Of a stretch of DNA of 27,760 bases, positions 25,522 to 27,760 are shown piece by piece. This stretch comes from a virus. Taxonomy: Duplodnaviria > Caudoviricetes. The translations under genes were made by a program, and so were the position numbers. The stretch covers positions 1-27,760 of the IMG/VR virus record IMGVR_UViG_3300012172_000198, one strand, 5' to 3'. Under the pieces are notes generated by a model. That model saw nothing but the letters and a program-made list of their open reading frames with translations, was not told the origin of the DNA and did no database searches. Each line of letters begins with the position of its first letter. The stretch's first letter is position 1.

Positions 25522-25887
25522 GTGACGGACACAGACGTAGACGCCTGGACACAGATACAGACAGGGTTAGGTGAGCGGGTGTACGAACTCCGCATGGCCC
25601 TGGGGTATGATCAATTAGCCGTGGCGCGCATGTCGGGCTACAAGAACGCCAATGTGATTAGCGACATCGAGAAGGGCAAATATAATCCCACCCTGAAAAA
25701 GCTCTGCGCGCTGGCGAAAGCCCTCCATACGAGTGTGGCGTATCTGCTCACAGGGCAACACACCGCCCTTGATCTCGCGACGCTGAAAAGCTTGCTGGAC
25801 GCGGAACTCTCCGAGATGTCCTCGTGCAACGCTGAGATGTCCAAACGTTTGCAAATCACCCTGGCGCTCATCGCGACGTGCGCCTAA
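25522..25887 (+). CDS. CI-like XRE HTH repressor without a peptidase domain
   Basis: LGERVYELR...YDQLAVA...ISDIEKGKYNPTLKKL.ALAKAL.TSVAYLLTG; C-terminal coiled coil; AAGGAG SD. Confidence 0.85.
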   Translation: MTDTDVDAWTQIQTGLGERVYELRMALGYDQLAVARMSGYKNANVISDIEKGKYNPTLKKLCALAKALHTSVAYLLTGQHTALDLATLKSLLDAELSEMSSCNAEMSKRLQITLALIATCA

Positions 25888-26317
25888 GATCCACGCCTGG
25901 CCGTAACAGTCGAAACACTTGACAGGCTCTAGTGCCATGTCAGGCTGTGTCGTGTGCAGTGTCGTCTTCTTGCCACTGCAGCATGTCTCCTGGTATTGCC
26001 ATGTCATGGGAGCTCTGTGGTGGATCATCCTGGTATGCGCAGCTGTGGCGAAATCTGCGCAAAGCGCGGCTATCTCCAGTCGCGGCGCGATCCTGTGGCG
26101 CGTGCCGAACATCACGAAAAGTTTCCATAATGTTGGTTATCGGAAGCGGTATTTTCGTCCTAGAGGGGCACAGATGAGCAGCGGACAGAAAACCCTGGCA
26201 TGTTGTCACGAAGGACGCTAGGATCAAGAGCCTCCCAACCGGAGGATGCAATGCGCGCGAGGGTCGAAGCTCACGCGCATCACTTACACGCCACACCCTT
26301 CCACAGAGGGTATAACC

Positions 26318-26785
26318 ATGTCACTCGCTATCATAACCGCAATCCGCCAGCTGCCGCAACTCAAGGGTGCCCTCAAATTCACTGCCATCGAACTCGCCCA
26401 CCGCGCCTCAAGCGCTGGACACGTCCGCGTTGCCTACAGCTACCTCGCCCAGAAAACGGGTCTCTCGGTGCGTACGATGATTCGCCACGTGCAGCGGCTT
26501 GAAGACTTAGGTGTTCTGCGCAAACAGCGCGTGTGGATCAGCGCGAAGCGATGTGCCGTCAACGTCTATCTGCTGCTCGTGCGTCCACTGCACAGATGTG
26601 CTAGTGACAACGTGGCAAAGAATCTTCCCGAACCTAAAAAGGAAGAGGAAAAATGTGGCACGCTAGGGGACGCCATCGCGACCCTCGAGCGCGGCATGCG
26701 ACTCCTCACGGCTGGCAGCGTGCCGTATACCAGTTGTCTGGAGCGTCTCCAGACCCTCAACGCCCTCGTCCCCCGGTCAGGCTAG
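26318..26785 (+). CDS. Winged-HTH (HTH_36-like) protein, 155 aa
   Basis: LAHRA...G..RVAYSYLAQKTGLSVRTMIRHVQRLEDLGVL...NVY. Confidence 0.8.
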   Translation: MSLAIITAIRQLPQLKGALKFTAIELAHRASSAGHVRVAYSYLAQKTGLSVRTMIRHVQRLEDLGVLRKQRVWISAKRCAVNVYLLLVRPLHRCASDNVAKNLPEPKKEEEKCGTLGDAIATLERGMRLLTAGSVPYTSCLERLQTLNALVPRSG

Positions 26786-26793
26786 GAGCGTAC

Positions 26794-27288
26794 ATGCCCT
26801 CCCCACGGTACACCATCCGCCTGCCCCACGCCCTCGCGGCCCAGGTGCAGGCCCGCGTCGAGGCTGGAACGCCCTTCGCGGTGCTCATGCGTGACGCGCT
26901 GGCGGCGTACCTTGCCGACACCACGCCGACAGGGTCGCCGACAGAGGAGCCGACAGGCGCCGACAGCGCCGACACCTTGCGCACGCTTCAGGAGCACCTG
27001 TCTGCACTGGCTATGCGTGTCGCGGCACTGGAGCAGGCGCCGACAGGGAGCCGACAGGAGCGGACACCACGCGATGACAGGGCGCCGACAGGAGCGCTGG
27101 CAGGGGCGGACACGACCGCATTCGACCCCACGAGACACCGGCTGGGGCGGCTCTGCCCGCGTGGGCACGACTGGCAGGGCACCGGCCAGAGCTTACGGGC
27201 CAACAACAAAGCGGGATATTGTCTGGCCTGCAATGCTGCGGCCGCGCGTACCAGCCGCGCCGCCCACCGCCTCTCGCAGGGGGGCTAG
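26794..27288 (+). CDS. Ribbon-helix-helix protein with coiled coil and C-terminal Zn finger
   Basis: YTIRLPHAL...V....LMRDALAAYL; LCPRGH....CLAC; AGGAG SD. Confidence 0.7.
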   Translation: MPSPRYTIRLPHALAAQVQARVEAGTPFAVLMRDALAAYLADTTPTGSPTEEPTGADSADTLRTLQEHLSALAMRVAALEQAPTGSRQERTPRDDRAPTGALAGADTTAFDPTRHRLGRLCPRGHDWQGTGQSLRANNKAGYCLACNAAAARTSRAAHRLSQGG

Positions 27289-27332
27289 GGGGCGCTGCTA
27301 CACGCACCATCCTTTCACGACAGGAGCCGACG

Positions 27333-27641
27333 ATGCGACACGCCCTGCACCCGTGGACCCCTACGAGGAGGGTGCTCGTGCTCCTCCTGATACTGGCCCT
27401 CAGCATGGCGTGTGCGAACACCGGCGACGACGAGACGCCCGATGCGCCTGGCACGCCGCCGCCGGGGGGCTTCCAGCAGACGCCCTTTGAGATCCCGCCC
27501 CCGGCCAATCCGCTCAATCCGAACCTGCAGGGCTGTTGCCGGATCTGTCTGGCGAGTCAAGCATGCGGGGATGTGTGTATTGACCCGGTGGTGGTGCGGT
27601 GTCCTGTGCCACCGCCCACCGGGTGCGCCTGCCAGGGTTGA
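27333..27641 (+). CDS. Cys-rich putative lipoprotein, 102 aa
   Basis: AGGAG SD; hydrophobic signal ending SMAC; Pro-rich linker; CCRIC...ACGDVCI....C......GCAC. Confidence 0.75.
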   Translation: MRHALHPWTPTRRVLVLLLILALSMACANTGDDETPDAPGTPPPGGFQQTPFEIPPPANPLNPNLQGCCRICLASQACGDVCIDPVVVRCPVPPPTGCACQG

Positions 27642-27760
27642 CATACTCCCAAGGTCAGAGACCTTGGGATTCTGGGATGTGTCCCCCGAAGGAGACGCGC
27701 CGGTTGCCACCGAAGTGGGCTTACGGTCCGACTCTCCGCACCGGTTCAATGCCCTGACCG
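27638..27760 (-). mobile_element. Right end of an IS200/IS605-family element (probable TnpB omega-RNA scaffold region)
   Basis: Minus strand ends AGAATCCCAAGGTCTCTGACCTTGGGAGTATGTCAA: 10-bp subterminal hairpin (27647-27669) plus TCAA, the typical right-end form. Coding part lies outside the window. Confidence 0.75.

Noticed and set aside
25919-26221. 100-aa ORF between cI and the wHTH gene
   Set aside because: No SD, atypical codons and no motif; more likely non-coding regulatory DNA.
1-27760. Host assignment to Tectomicrobia/Entotheonella-like bacteria
   Set aside because: The stand-alone HTH and RHH-Zn finger genes are reminiscent from memory only; this cannot be supported without a search.

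Overview
High-GC window from a temperate siphovirus-type phage or prophage of a probably diderm host. Bases 1-17915 (+) are the tail operon: neck/tail completion, a tandem-duplicated tail terminator, two tail-tube paralogs, G/GT chaperones with a -1 frameshift, tape measure, Dit, a baseplate hub split over two in-frame ORFs, and a LamG/peptidase-S74 fibre. The order resembles the T5 tail. A two-gene membrane-peptide insert interrupts the operon on the opposite strand. Next come an HNH cassette, a membrane protein and an OmpA lipoprotein. A leftward early operon (cro-like gene, small Cys-rich genes, a second HNH, a replication initiator with internal iterons) converges on the late genes. The window ends with a cI/cro switch with three operators, rightward accessory genes and the right end of an IS200/IS605 element. 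Top observations: (1) both HNH cassettes appear to have inserted into the 5' end of a resident gene and supply a recoded replacement N-terminus; (2) the hub gene is split at an in-frame TAG inside a CBM-like domain that holds a second nested CBM-like domain; (3) the tandem terminator plus two tube paralogs. No integrase, endolysin, capsid, tRNA or CRISPR was recognised. All product calls come from motif recognition and synteny, not database searches.
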